A DNA stretch of 63,918 bases, filler included, from Chiloscyllium plagiosum (taxonomy: Eukaryota): the NCBI RefSeq assembly GCF_004010195.1. It is 5 parts of one record of this genome, joined end to end, with 100 filler letters (N's around TTAATTAATTAA, not from the genome) between each part and the next. Parts side by side here need not be neighbours in the genome. Positions count along the whole stretch, not along the records: positions 1 to 15,044 come from NC_057713.1; 4 more parts are not named here. One strand, given 5' to 3'. The position numbers and the translations under genes were made by a program. The number at the start of each line of letters is the position of its first letter. Position 1 is the stretch's first letter. The notes beneath the pieces were generated by a model. The model had not been told where the DNA came from. It saw nothing but the letters and a program-made list of their open reading frames with translations, and did not search any database. Shown here piece after piece: positions 1-12,446 of the stretch.

Positions 1-229
1 AACAGTATGGAGGGGGGAACAGGGGGGGGGGGGGGGGGCGAAGATGGGAGGCAGTTTAAAAGAGATGTACGTGGCAAGTTTTGTGATGGTGAGTGCTTGG
101 AACGCACTGCCAAAGGATGTGGTGGACGCAGATACAATAGCAGCATTCAAGAAACAACTGGACGAATACATGAATATGAAGGAAACGGAGGGATATGGAT
201 CCTGCAAGAACAAAGAAGAACAAAGATAA
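1..229 (+). mobile_element. CR1 LINE 3' fragment
   Basis: Encodes VSAWNALPKDVVDADTIAAFKKQLDEYM, the typical CR1 ORF2 C-terminus. Confidence 0.8.
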
Positions 230-2293
230 TTTACAGCCGAGGAACAGGGTGTACAGCCCTCCAAGTCTGAGCTGATCCAAACCCATTGTCTAAACCTATC
301 ACCCAATTCCTAAGGATCTGTATCCCTCTGCTCTCAACTTACTCTCAGAAAGAGTTCTGAGGGATAAGATTTCTGACTATTTGAAAAAGTATAGCGTGAT
401 TAAAGGCAGTGAGCTTGGCTTTGCGAGGGGCAGGTCATGCCTCAGAAATCTTATTGTGTTTTTTGAGGAGGTGACAAGACAGGTCAACGAAGGTCAAGCA
501 GTGGATGTGGTGTATATGGACTTCAGCAAAGTAGTTGATAAGGTTGCCCATGGTAGGCATGGGATACATTCATAAAGTCAGGAGGCATGGGATACAGTGA
601 GATTTGGCTATCTGGATTCAGAATTGACTGGCTGACAGAAGGCAGAGAGTGGGTGTAGATGGAAAGTATTCTGCCGAGAGGTCAGTGTTGAGTGGGGCCC
701 CCTCAGGGCTTTGTTCTTGGGCCTCTGTTCTTCGTAGTTTTTATGAATGACTTGGATGAGGAGGTTGAGGGGTGGGTTAGTAAATTTGCAGATGACACAA
801 AGGTTGGAGGTGCCGTTGATAGTATAGAGGGCTATTGCAGGCTACAGCGCGACATAGGCAGGATGCAGAGCTGGGCTGAGAAATGGCAGATGGAGTTCAA
901 ACTGGATAAATGCGAAGTGATGCATTTTGGAAGGTCAAAATCGAACGTACAATATGGGATTAAAGACAGGATTCCTGGCAGTGTGGAGGAACAGAGGGAT
1001 CTGGATGTGCAAGTACATAGATCCCTCAACTTGCCACTCAAGTGAATAGGGTTGTTAAGAAAGCATATGGTGTTTTGGCTTTCATTAACAGGGGGATTGA
1101 GTTTTAGAGCCGCGAGGTTTTGGTGCAGCTCTGCAAATCCCTGGTGAGGCCACACTTGGAATATTGTGTCCAGTTCTGGTCGCCCTACAATTGGAAATAT
1201 ACAGAGGCTTTGGAGAGGGTGCAAAGAAGGTTTACCAGGATACTACCTGGACTGGAGCAGTTGCCTTATGTAAAGAGGTTGACTAAGCTCGGACGTTCAT
1301 CTCTGGAGTGAAGGAGGAAGAGAGGAGACCTGATTGAGGTTTACAAAGTAATGAGAGGCATGGATAGAGTCAATAGCCAGAGACCTGCCCCGAGGGCAGG
1401 ATTGACTGGCAGGAGGGGTCATAGTTTTAAGATATTAGGAGAATATGCGGGGAACATCAGGTTCTTTACGCAGAGAGTTGTGAATGAGTGGAATGCATTG
1501 CCAGCAGTGGTGGTGGAAGCAGAATCATTAGGGACATTTAAGCAACTGCTGGACATGCCCACGGAGAGCAGTGAGTTGAGGGGTGTGTAGGTTAAGATAT
1601 TTTATTTTACATTAAGGATTAACACCCGACACAACATCATGGGCCAAAGGGCCTGTTCTGTGCTTTACTTTTCTATGTTCTATGTTCTACTCATGCATCT
1701 GTCCAGACGCATCTTAAATGAATCTACTGTGCCTGCCTCTACTATCAGTGCTGGCAACACGTTCCAGGCATCTACTACCCTCACTGTAAAGTATCTGATT
1801 CGTGTATTCCCCCTTAAATATTTCATTACTCACCTCAAACGCGTGACTTCTCGTTATTGAATCCCTCACCCTGGGGAAAAGCTTGTCTCTATCCACCCTG
1901 TCTATACCCTTCATGATTTTGTAAACCTCAATCAGGTCGCCCCTCAATCTCCTTTTTTCCTAATGAAAACAAACCTAACCTACTCAACCGCCCTTCATAG
2001 CTAGCACCTTCCATACCAGGCAATATCCCCGTAAACCTTCTCTACACCCTCTCCAAAGCATCTATATCCTTTTGGTAATGTGGCGACCAGAACTGCACGC
2101 AATATTCTAAATGCAGCCAAACCAAAATCTTGTATAATTTTAACATGGCCTGCCAGCTCTTATACTCAGTATCCCATCCAGTGAAGGCAAGCATTCCATA
2201 TGTCTTCTTGGCCACTCTATCCACCCGTGCAGCAGCCTTAAGGGTTCAATGGACCTGAACTCCCAAATCTCTCTGCTCATCAACTTTTCCCAA
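230..2293 (-). mobile_element. CR1 LINE 3' fragment (minus), split by a nested plus-strand CR1; own parts 230-344 and 1688-2293
   Basis: ORFs 1714..1947 (RGDLIEVYKIMKGIDRVD) and 2042..2224 (HLEYCVQFWSPH); its 3' UTR continues at 230-344; TACTC duplicated at 340-344 and 1688-1692. Confidence 0.8.
345..1687 (+). mobile_element. 5'-truncated CR1 LINE (RT region to tail), decayed
   Basis: VDVVYMDFSK, PQGFVLGPLFF, KFADDTK, RPHLEYCVQFWSP motifs; ends in (TTCTATG)n tail. Confidence 0.92.
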
Positions 2294-2483
2294 TTCAAGA
2301 CAGTTTTAGAATGGAAGCGCAAAACGTGGCAGTGCAGACTTAGAGGACTGACGGACATGTTCCTGTGCTGTTTGTTCTGGAAACATTCCTGACAGGACAC
2401 TGCTTCTCTTTTTTTGTAACTTAATTATTATGAATGGAATCGGACAATGGAATCCCAGTGCGAAAAAATTCCACAAGAAGCAG

Positions 2484-2614
2484 CCAATTAGCACGTTGCC
2501 ATAATCTGTTTCTCCACCAAGTCGAAAATGTTGTAACATCAGCGTCTCCAGGGAGTGTGGGTGTGTGGGGAGGTGGGTGCGAGTGAATTGTGATCTCACG
2601 GCCTATAATTTAAA
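2484..2614 (+). promoter_or_regulatory. Putative core promoter of the GPCR gene
   Basis: CCAAT at 2484-2488 and TATAATTTAAA at 2604-2614, about 80 bp upstream of the ATG at 2690. Confidence 0.45.
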
Positions 2615-2689
2615 GGTTTGGGGATTTGAAATCTACGTCTAAAACAGAGCTGTCTGTCGCTCAGAGCGACACAGCATTTCACAGTGAAA

Positions 2690-2756
2690 ATGTCTCGTTC
2701 AATTGATGATGTGCTGAAAATATATTACATGATCCTTGCTGTAATTGGGGTTCCTG
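2690..2756 (+). CDS. Exon 1 of GPR139-like class A GPCR (MSRSIDDVLKIYYMILAVIGVP)
   Basis: AAAATGT start; 67 nt ending CCTG|GTAAGT (phase 1); joins in frame to exon 2 to give the TM1 GVPVN motif. Confidence 0.88.
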
Positions 2757-3624
2757 GTAAGTGATGACAACCAGTGAAATTGTATGAATCTGTGGGAGTT
2801 GCTCTGTATTTTTATCCTGTGACTCATATGTTTCATGCCAATCTAGTGGTAACCTTTATAAATGTACACAAACAATAATATTGTGTTAGGTTAATGGTTT
2901 TGAATTGTATTTATGGATTTAAAAGGCTTCCACAACTGTTAATACACCAGTACTGCCAACAAACCAGCTTCCTGAATGACCAAGTTATTACATTAGAGAA
3001 GCATCATGCTTTGTTAAATCTGACTGTGCGGTCAAATTAGATTCTCTATGTTCAAGAGATATCAGAATCCTTTGACTGCATTTCTCTTTAAGTATCTTGT
3101 CAGTGTAGAATTGAATTCAATCATTGTGGGTGGAAACATCATTTCGGACAGCCACAAAGCCAAATGGTTTTTTATTCTCAGTCACGTCAAGATCAAAGCC
3201 TTCCTCCAGGAATTTCAGAAAATCGGTTCGGCATTTGAACCTCAACCACGTAATGTTTGGAAAGTAAGGGTCATGGTCCTCCATTACCATTGAATAAGGG
3301 CCCTGGTGAGCCACACATCTTCCGTCTTTTTCTTTCTTCTCCAAATGGAACAGTTTTCCTCCTGGAACGAGAGAGAGGCAGGGAATAAGGAAGATGGTAA
3401 AAGCTGACCAAGCATTTTCTGTTGGTTTATCTGGTAAAGTGTCCCGAATGAATCACTGGGCAGCCGAGGGTGAGTGGCGTCGGAGGTGAGTTGAGTGAAA
3501 GTGAGTGGGGCAGATGTTGCTGGCAGTAGCGTTAGTGATGGAGCATGAGTCTTGGTGGGAGGTGGGTGTGCACTAGCAGGAATAGGGACAGTGAGAGAAT
3601 TGGTGTGAAGATGATGGGATGTAC

Positions 3625-3730
3625 AGTGGTTGAGTGCAGAAGGTTATTGACTTCGTACTGACATTTCTGGGCACTCCTCCAGACACCTGAGACTACACTG
3701 ACCCGGGTGGCAAACTCACATCATGCTGCA
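3625..3730 (-). pseudogene. Myb/SANT-like DNA-binding domain remnant (PIF/Harbinger ORF2 type) inside the GPCR intron
   Basis: Minus translation A*CEFATRVSVVSGVWRSAQKCQYEVNNLLHS resembles the AWxEVA..VS....R...QCRKKxNDL Harbinger Myb pattern. Confidence 0.5.
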
Positions 3731-4949
3731 ACTTCGGATCCTGAAATGCCACTCATCCGATCCAAGGGACATGACACAACTTTGACCTGTACCCAGGTAC
3801 AGTGAAAAAAATATTGCTTTAAGAGCAGGACAAGCAGATCATAGCCCACAAGAGCATACAAATCATGGTGTGCTTAGACAGAGTGAGGCATACATGTTGC
3901 AGTTGCACAAGATGTGCACAAATCAAAATTAACGTTAGCAAGATCCACATTATTTGAAATTAGAATGTCCATTCATCAGTCTGATAACGGCAGGGAAGAA
4001 GCTGCTCTTGAATCTGTTGGTGCTGTATTTAAACTTCTGTATCTTCTGCCTGACAGAAAGACTTTTAATTCTAGTACTAACCACGTTACTTCACCAACAA
4101 GTACACCTCGTCTGTCCTTTTGAAAAGCATCTCTATACTGGTTGTACCTGTCTCTATTTGTGCAATTAATTCATTTATAATGTGTGAACAATATGCACAT
4201 TGAATTATAGAACCATTAATTTTGGCTTTTCAACATGTTTAATATTCCGTGCTCCCTTTTTGAGTCTCTTTGACATTTTTATTTTATGTGTATACACTTT
4301 GTCCGTGGCTGACCTAGTCTGGTTTCCATTGTCAAATAGTTGCCCTGCAATGCCACCACATTGTTTGACTTTGTAATCCCCTCCCATACCATCTGCTATT
4401 TTCAGATCTGACTCAGTGCCCCACCTTCACATATATTACCTCCTACTTTAATGAACATGTTGACACAATATCCACAGAACTTTCTCTTTGAGTGGCTTCT
4501 CAGAATCACTGACTTCCTCTTTACTGCCTCCTCCAAGTCTTGTTCAGGGAATTAGTTGCCCAGTTTGTTATAATCCTGTAAGTGAACAAATGGTATGTCT
4601 CAAGTCCAATATGCCTGCCATAACCAGCAAGTTCACGAGCAGCATATATTCACCTGCCCTTCTATTCCTCTGTTATTCTGATAACTTAGCTCTCTTTAGC
4701 TCTCTGTAATCCACTTTCCAAAGTCATTCCCTTTCCAGTGAACAATAATTTTGTGAACCTTTTCCAATTCAGTCAATACCCTCATTGCAAACAAACATTT
4801 CTGTTGTGCATCGAAAAATCATTGAACACATTCACTGATGACGTTGCTGAACTCTTTTCTTCTGCCTACAATTTTCCCTTACCATCTACATTGGACATAG
4901 AGAATATTTGTTCAGTCATTTCTGACCTCTTTTCCATTCTCTCTTACAG

Positions 4950-5839
4950 TTAATTTACTGGCAATTGTCGTCCTGTTACGTGGAAAATGTGGCCTCTCCA
5001 TCTGCACCACTCACTACCTGGTGGCGATGGCAATAGCAGATCTTACAGTCATTATCACAGGCGCCATACTATGGCAGATCGGTTACTATTATTTCTCAGG
5101 TACATTCCTAGATATTGCTCCTGTGTGTAGTCTCAAAACTGTGCTGGCATCTGCAACTACCGACTGCTCTGTCTGGTTCACCATCGCTTTCTCCTTTGAT
5201 CGATTTGTGGCTATTTGCTGCCAGAAGCTGAAAATGAAATATTGCACTGGGAAAACTGCAATCGTGCTTCTAACAGTAACCTGCATCCTGCTCTGTTTAA
5301 GAAACATCCCATACTACTTTACCTTTGAACCACTGATGATAATTGACAATGTGCCATGGCTCTGTACTGTGAAGCCGAGTTATTATACCGATCCAGGATG
5401 GGTGGGATTTGATTGGTTTGATCGAATATTAACCCCTGTACTCCCATTCACTTTAATTCTGTTGATAAATGCGCTGACAGTCCAACACATTTTATTTACC
5501 AGTCGAATCCGTAAGGGACTGAGAGGTCAAAACAAGGGGGAAAGTTTCAGGGACCCAGAGATGGAAAGCCGAAGAAAATCTGTGATTTTGCTCTTCACTA
5601 TATCTGGCAGCTTTATCCTCCTGTGGTCCGTGTATGTTGCAGAATTTTTACACTCTAAAATCAGAGGAACAGATCCCGGACATTACACTCCTTCTGAGTT
5701 TATATTTCAACAAGTTGGATGGATGCTACTTAATCTCAGTTGCTGTACAAACACCTTTATTTATGCAGTGACTCAGTCCAAGTTCCGTGAGCAGATCGAG
5801 GGTGCTCTGAAATATCTAGTTAGAGCTTTATTCAATTAA
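4950..5839 (+). CDS. Exon 2 of GPR139-like orphan class A GPCR (total 318 aa)
   Basis: Pyrimidine tract plus TTACAG| acceptor at 4949; open to TAA at 5837-5839; MAIADL (TM2), FDRFVAIC (TM3), ECL2 Cys (WLC), DPEMESRRKS, NTFIY (TM7); AATAAA at 6013-6018. Confidence 0.93.
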
Positions 5840-6449
5840 TGAAGAAACAAATCACAGCATCCACCAGTTTTTGGGCAACCAACCAGTGATCTGTCTTCAG
5901 TAACCGGCATAGACCTCCACCAATCAGGAATTTCCATCCAGCAATGGAAACCCAGTGGACCTGGCCAAACTGGCCATCAACAGGTCCAGGCAGCGGGCCG
6001 TGGAGGGGGTTGAATAAAGATTCGTGCACTTTGTGTCTTTCACTGTGTCTCACACCTACACACACACCATGGGTGCTGGGGAAAAAATAAGCACTACCAA
6101 AAAAAAATGTAACCAGGAGATTCACACAGCACTGCCCTTTGATGTGAAGGGCAGTGTTTGTCACTGGCCATCCGGGTGTTTTCCTATCTTCCTGGTGTTG
6201 GGATTTGAAAAAAAAAGGAAATCCAGTGGAGAGGATAATGTCGAAGTATATTAGTGAAACAGCTGGAAATTTTGCAGCATTCAGCAGAGATTCCAATGTC
6301 ACCGTAACATGTGTCACAGATTATGTCGAAGTCAGATGACTCTTGTGTCATTATGTGATTCAAATCCATGTACTGAAAAATTCAATTGGAACCAATAATC
6401 CAGAACACCAATGAATTTACCATCACACCACCACCTCCTTTGTATGTTC

Positions 6450-6760
6450 ACTGAGGTGTGTGTGTTTGTCTGTATTTGGATGCGAGTCTGTATCTTGGTG
6501 TATGTATTAATGTCTTCTTTTCCTATGTGTGTGTTATGTGTCCGGTCATGCTGCATGTGTGCACGTGTGCCTGGCTCCGTGTCGGCGAGTGTGTATTGGG
6601 AAGTGTAGTTGTATGTACCTGTACATACCTATTCAGTGTCTACCTGCGTGTGAGATTCTGTATGCAAAGATGTGTCCATGGCGACCTATGCACCTGTATG
6701 TGTGTGTTTTCATGTGTTTATGATTCATCTTGTGTCTGCTTCTGAGTGAGTGTGCAGTTA
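6450..6760. repeat. Degenerate (TG)n-rich low-complexity tract
   Basis: Dense TGTG runs; similar tract at about 9890-10170. Confidence 0.6.
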
Positions 6761-7019
6761 AAACAGTTTCCAGCCCCCGATGTCACCAGCCAGTAACTCC
6801 CAGTCTGAATGGGTTCTCATAATTTCCCATAAATAAAACGGTTGCAGTAAGCAACACAGATTAAGTTGTTAAACTTGCTCTACCAATGCTTCATCTGTTC
6901 AAACTTTCTGCCTTTCTCCAATAAATATGTTAAATGTGGAATGAATTCGCTGCAGTCCGGGAATAGGTTTGCAATGTAATGTACGGGGGCCATCATAACG
7001 CAAAACTTCATTTTATATA

Positions 7020-7510
7020 AATACGGTAAGAACTTCCGAGGAAGGGTCACCCAACCCGAAATCAAACCCGAGCCTGAGGGTGGTGGTTGATGGGAAATGT
7101 TCATCCTGGAGCTCGGTTACCAGAAGGATCTGTTGTTTGACATTTTTGCAAATGCTCTAGATTTGGGCGCAGAAGGATGCAGAGCTGGGCTGAGAAGTGG
7201 CAGTGGTCAAGCGAGAGTGAATACTGCAGGTGCAGAGAGCAGACTTAAGAGTGTGGTGCTGGAAAAGCACAGCAGGTCAGGCAGCATCCAAAGGTGCTGA
7301 GAAATCGACATTTCGGGCAAAAGCCTTTCATCAGGAAGTGGCAATTGGTTAATGCGGAAAAGTGCGAGGCAGTTCCCTTTGGAAGAAGTAACAGATTACT
7401 GGGCTAATGGTCAGATTCTTGGCAGTGTAGATGAACAGAGAGATCTCCGTGTCCAGGTACACAAATCCCTGAAAGTTGTCACCCAGATTGATAGAGTTGT
7501 TAAGAAGGTA
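7020..7510 (+). mobile_element. CR1 fragments interrupted by a Penelope-derived element
   Basis: ILGSVDEQRDLRVQVHKSLKVVTQIDRVVKK is CR1 RT sequence. Confidence 0.7.
7215..7337 (-). mobile_element. Penelope-derived short element, family A, with hammerhead core
   Basis: Minus strand CCTGATGAAAGGCTTTTGCCCGAAATGTCG followed by the family A body (GGATGCTGCCTGACCTGCTGTGCTTTTCCAGC). Confidence 0.8.
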
Positions 7511-7512
7511 CT

Positions 7513-7705
7513 GGGGATTGCCCAGAGATGGAGCATTATGTGGGGTAATGAAGGCGCATATACAGTGAAGGGTATTAAAGGCATGAATGGGTGTATCCAG
7601 TGAGGGGGTATATTAGAGAGTGATTGGGAGAGCATCCAGTGATGCAGCATTAATGGGCGTGATTGGGTGTTATCCAGTGATGTGTTATTACTGGAGGTGA
7701 TTAAG
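7513..7705. repeat. Degenerate ~38-bp minisatellite, about 5 units
   Basis: Recurring GA(T/A)TGGG...ATCCAGTGA...ATTA motif. Confidence 0.6.
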
Positions 7706-7796
7706 ATGTTAAACCAAAATGAGTTTGTAGCTTTCTGTTATAGAGGAAGCTGCCATGAGAGAGTTTAGTGCATCTCATGATATCTTACTATGCATT

Positions 7797-7806
7797 TGTC
7801 TATCCA

Positions 7807-7873
<67 letters not shown>

Positions 7874-7901
7874 GTCTGTCTATCTATCTATTCTATCTGT
7901 C
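7797..7901. repeat. (TCTG)n(TCTA)n microsatellite
   Basis: Direct reading. Confidence 0.95.
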
Positions 7902-8663
7902 TCCCTTTTTCTCATTTACCGATTCCTCTCTCTGAAAGAGGGCATCATCCTGCTCTCGTCCACACATAGAGACAGTCTTTCGACATCTGTCCGGTCCAGT
8001 TACTGAGAACATGGAAGACCACTAACCGCAGCAAACTGATCACATCAGAGCAATGCCATCATGACCACACGGAGTCTACTTTTTCCAAACCGTTTTAGTT
8101 AAGTCCTAGATATTTGCTGGTGCATCAAGACGAGTTCCCCGTTCTCTCACACGTAATGCCCCATCTTTCCCCCGGGTACCGCTGCTGGGTTTGGGTGTTT
8201 TGTGGTCACAGCTCACTGATGGAGACAGGCAATTGTCTGTGAGTGACTTCCTGCAATTCGAATGTCTTTGTCAAGAAGTTTCAGTTAACTTCTGAAAGTT
8301 TCAGAATTTCGAGTTTCAGTTGAATAAAGGAAGACGAATGCTAACCAGAAACAGCTGGGAGTGTTTCACTGGTGCTGAACCTATTATGGAGAATGGGAAA
8401 AGCGTGGCTGATGTGGTGTTGGATTCGGGAAGTGTTCGTCCTTGATCTCTCCTAATTTTGGTGTTAGACTTTGATGGTAACAGTCATCATTCTTCCCTTG
8501 GACTGGTTCGGTCTCGCTTTTCTTTTGAGAAGAAAGGTGGCTCGTCTCCTGGATTCTACCCTTCCTCCTGTTGACTACATGTCAGGGCCTGCATTCTGGA
8601 CAATGTCGATTGCTGTCCTAAGCCCTCTCAGCCAATGGCCACAGGCAGCTGCCCATGAAGATA

Positions 8664-8757
8664 TTTCTGATGAAGAGCTTATGCTCAAAACGTCGACTCT
8701 CCTGCTACTCAGATGTTACATGGCCAGATGTGCATTTCCAGCATGACACTTTTTGAT
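8664..8757 (+). mobile_element. Family A Penelope-derived element with mutated hammerhead
   Basis: CTGATGAAGAGCTTATGCTCAAAACGTCG at 8667 (GAAA changed to AAAA). Confidence 0.75.
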
Positions 8758-9060
8758 GGCTGCTCATGATGCCAAATGACTGTACTCCTGTTGACTGCCT
8801 TGAATATGAAGTATAGTTTGGCATTCTTTACAAATAAACAAACTTCCTATTTTCCCAAACAATCCACTGACAAAGCATAGTTAAACTGATGTTAGTCAAT
8901 GGTCATCTAAATCTGTGTGATGCGTATACCCTTTCGCTTCCATGTAATAGAAAGTTAACGGCTGTTGAATTAATAACTAAATGGAACCTCATAGTGCTCA
9001 GTAAATTTTAGAAAACTTCAGTTTTAAACAGACCCCAGTTCAACAGTCCACACGCTGAGA

Positions 9061-9349
9061 TGGTAATATGCTTATTGGCTTCATTATGCTGATCCTTGAC
9101 TGGTCTGCCTATTTCAAAGATTTGCTTCCTTAAGTTTTGATTCGATGTTGTAGAAAACATAATAAAACTGGAGCAGTTAGTGTCAAGCTGTGGACAGCAG
9201 CACTGCCCTTCTGGTAATATGCTTATTGGCTTCATTATGCTGATCCTTGACTGGTCTACCTATTTCAAAGATTTGCTTCCTTAAGTTTTGATTCGATGTT
9301 GTAGAAAACATAATAAAACTGGAGCAGTTAGTGTCAAGCTGTGGACAGC
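9061..9349. repeat. Near-perfect 138-bp direct duplication with 13-bp spacer
   Basis: 9061-9198 vs 9212-9349, one mismatch seen. Confidence 0.92.
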
Positions 9350-11269
9350 TACTAGACATAAAGTCAACGTTCTCGACCATGGTATCTGACTGAAACTCTG
9401 TACTAACTCACACCAAACATGCTCTCTTCGCTTGTGAATTTCTTGTTTTTTTTCATCTGCTGAACCATTTTTATCTAGAAGTGTAAAGGAATTAAACAAA
9501 TTTATAAACGTCTACAATTCAGCGTTATCGAAAACCACACATCTGGCAATGTGAGACTTGTGCAATGAAAATATTTAAAACACTGTCAGCAGAAATAGTT
9601 AACTCTCCCATTGCCTGGGGTGGGTTGGCGGGGGGGGGTTGGAAATCGAGTCACCAGGTGATATCATGTTGTCAATTCATTTACCTTTGTGTTAAGTAAC
9701 TGTTAATTCTGATCTCTTCAAACTGACAGTGAAATTGTTATCGTCTTATAAAGCACTTTCACTACATTTTCTCAAGAGCATCTTTTTTAAAAAATAATCC
9801 ACTCTGAGAGTCTGAACAAATCTGAGTATATGAGCAATTCCTGAAATTTTAATTCAAATGTAATTTCTTTTAAACTTCCCTTCTGGTAGGTGTATGAGTG
9901 CTAGTATGTCAGTATATGTGTGAGGGGTTTTGTTGCTTGTTGGTTTCATTGCCGATATGTTTATGTGTCTGCCCTTGTGCGTGTCTGTGGTTGCTGCTAA
10001 AAGACTGTGTGTCAATGTCTGAATGTCTGTCCTATGTTTGTCTGTTGTTGCTATTTTGATTGTCTATTTCGGTGTCTGTATCTGTCTTCATTTGTGCGCG
10101 TGTGTGTTCATGTCCTGGTGTACATTTGACAGATTTATATCTGTCTGTGTTTGTCTCTCACTGGGGGTTGTTTGTCTGGCCTGAATGAATTGTAAAAATT
10201 GTCAAAGTCTCCCTCCTTAAATACTTCTTCTGTTTGAGGTGTAAAAGTAGATATGATGCCCCATTGTTGGCGGATGTTCGTTCAAGAACATGTTTTCACA
10301 AATCACCGTGATGGGGATAATGGAGATTTATTTACCTTACGATACTTATGATCAAGCAAAGAAAAACAATTAGTCCAAGGGAATTTCAGGACGAAGGTTT
10401 CTGTAATAGATCATGAAAAGTTCCAAAACTGAGAGACTTTTCGCGATTTCCTTTCAGTTTGACAGTTCTGTGAATACTTGGGAAGGAGATTTTTCCAGAA
10501 TGTAGTGTTCCTGACAAAAGGCAGAAGACACTAAATCTGCATAACATTCCAGTAGGGAGTTAATGAGAGACCCAGACCGGAAATTCTGAGGAGGTGACTA
10601 CAGGTTGAGAATGTTTCAGCTCAGATGGAGGATCATTCCTGGCTTCATCCATCCCCACTTCTCCACTCTGCCTCTGCCAGCCCCTTTATCTGCAGCTCCC
10701 CCACGCTCACCACCAGTCCTGAGGGACAATTACACCCAAATCATAGACATCTCCACATCCTGATGCTGCCCGGTTTGCTTTGTCCTTCCAGCCTCCTGCC
10801 TGTCCGCTTTCGAAAACTCCTGAAGGCAGCTGTCCGAGATTCTAGAATGGGAGTTAAAGCCATTGGTGATTAAAATGTATCGAGATGTTAAAGGAATGAT
10901 CTCTGAGGTAAACAATAGGTGATCTTTTTTCTGTAAGATGGAAGGGATTTTTAAACGAAATTTTGTTCATTGCTGCTTAAGGTTTAATAGAATGAGTATA
11001 TTGTCATGGGGTAACAGTCTTCCAATTAGTTTTCTCAGCAATTAGGTTTGCTTTTTTTCTGTTTTATCGTTATTACCTTCACTTAATAAACTTCTGCCTT
11101 ATTGTTTGAAAGACAATCTGTATCATTGTGTGCTTCTGTCTCAGTTAAAGGCAACTTTTCATTCAAATTCAAACTAAAATTAATATGATCGATCAAGCCA
11201 CACGTCAGACCGAAATCTGATTGCTTCTTTATGAACAAATTGCTTGGATCAGAAGACAAAAGATTTTTA

Positions 11270-12200
11270 ATTTTATAAATGAGTTGGGTGAGGAAGTGGA
11301 AGGGTGGGTTAGTAAGTTTGCCGATGACATGAAGGTTGGTAGAGTTGTGGATAGTGTGGAGGGTTGATGCAGATTGCAACAGGACATTAACAGGATGCAG
11401 AACTGGGCTGATAAGTGGAAGACGGAATTCAACCTGGAAAAATGTGAAGTCATTCACTTTGTAAAATCGAATTTGAATGTAGAATACAAGGTTAAAGGCA
11501 AGATTTTTGGCAGTGTGGAGGAACAGAGGGATCGTGAGGTCCACAGACAAATATCGCTCAAAGTTGTCACCCAAGTTGATAGGATTGTCAAAAAGACGGA
11601 TCGTGTATTGGCTTTCATTAGCAGGGGATTGTGTTAATGAGCTATGTCGTTACGTTGCAGCACTATAGAGCTCTGATTAGCCCCCACTTGGAATATTGTG
11701 TTCAGTTCTAGTTGTCTTATTACAGGAAGATGTGGAAGCTTTAGAGAAGGTGCAGAGAAGACTTACCAGGATCCTGATGGATTGGAGGGCATGACTTATG
11801 AAGAAATGTCGAAGGAACTCGGGTTTTTCTCATTGGAATGAAGAAGGATGAGAGGTGAACTTGATAGAGGGATACCAGATGATGAGATGCATAGATACAG
11901 TGGACTATAGCGGAAATGTCTATCACGAAGGGATATAATTTTCAGGTGGTTGGAGGAAGATTTAGGGGAGATGTCAAAGGTCAGTTTTTTACACAGAGTG
12001 GTGGGTGCATGGACGACGCTGCCAGCAGTGGTAGTGTAGTCAGATACATTAGGGACATTTACATGACTCTTAGATAGGCACATGGACAATAGTACAATGA
12101 AGGGTATGTAGGTTAGCCTGACCTTAGAGTAGGATAAAAGGCCGGTGCAACATCGAGGGCCGAAGGGCCTGTACTGTGCTGTACTGTTCGATGTTCTATG
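11270..12200 (+). mobile_element. 5'-truncated CR1 LINE
   Basis: KFADDMK region, WKTEFNLEKCEVIHF, CR1 3' UTR ending GTTCGATGTTCTATG. Confidence 0.9.
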
Positions 12201-12350
12201 ATTAATATCATGGGCTGTGGGAAGAATCACAAAGAGCACAAACAATATCCATTTAACAGCACCGGCAGAGAGTCAGATGTACTCTGTTTTGATCAGAACA
12301 GAAAGGGGAAAGGAATATCAAGCAGATTTTCATCCACTGAACTTGCAAAA

Positions 12351-12434
12351 AAGGGCTCATGCCCGAAACGTCGATTCTCCTGCTCCTTGGATGCTGCCTG
12401 ACCTGCTGCGCTTTTCCAGCATCACATTTTCAGC
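12351..12434 (+). mobile_element. Truncated family A Penelope-derived element
   Basis: AAGGGCTCATGCCCGAAACGTCG plus body; flanked on both sides by GCAAAAAA. Confidence 0.75.
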
Positions 12435-12446
12435 AAAAAATACATA

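Noticed and set aside
5832..6745. Several 60-160 aa ORFs downstream of the GPCR
   Set aside because: Arise from 3' UTR and TG-rich low complexity; no motifs.
7755..8006. Hydrophobic (YLSI)n ORF
   Set aside because: Translation of the TCTA microsatellite.
10240..11230. Possible old LTR (AATAAA near 11084); similar at 51060-51700
   Set aside because: No TG..CA ends or TSD could be defined.
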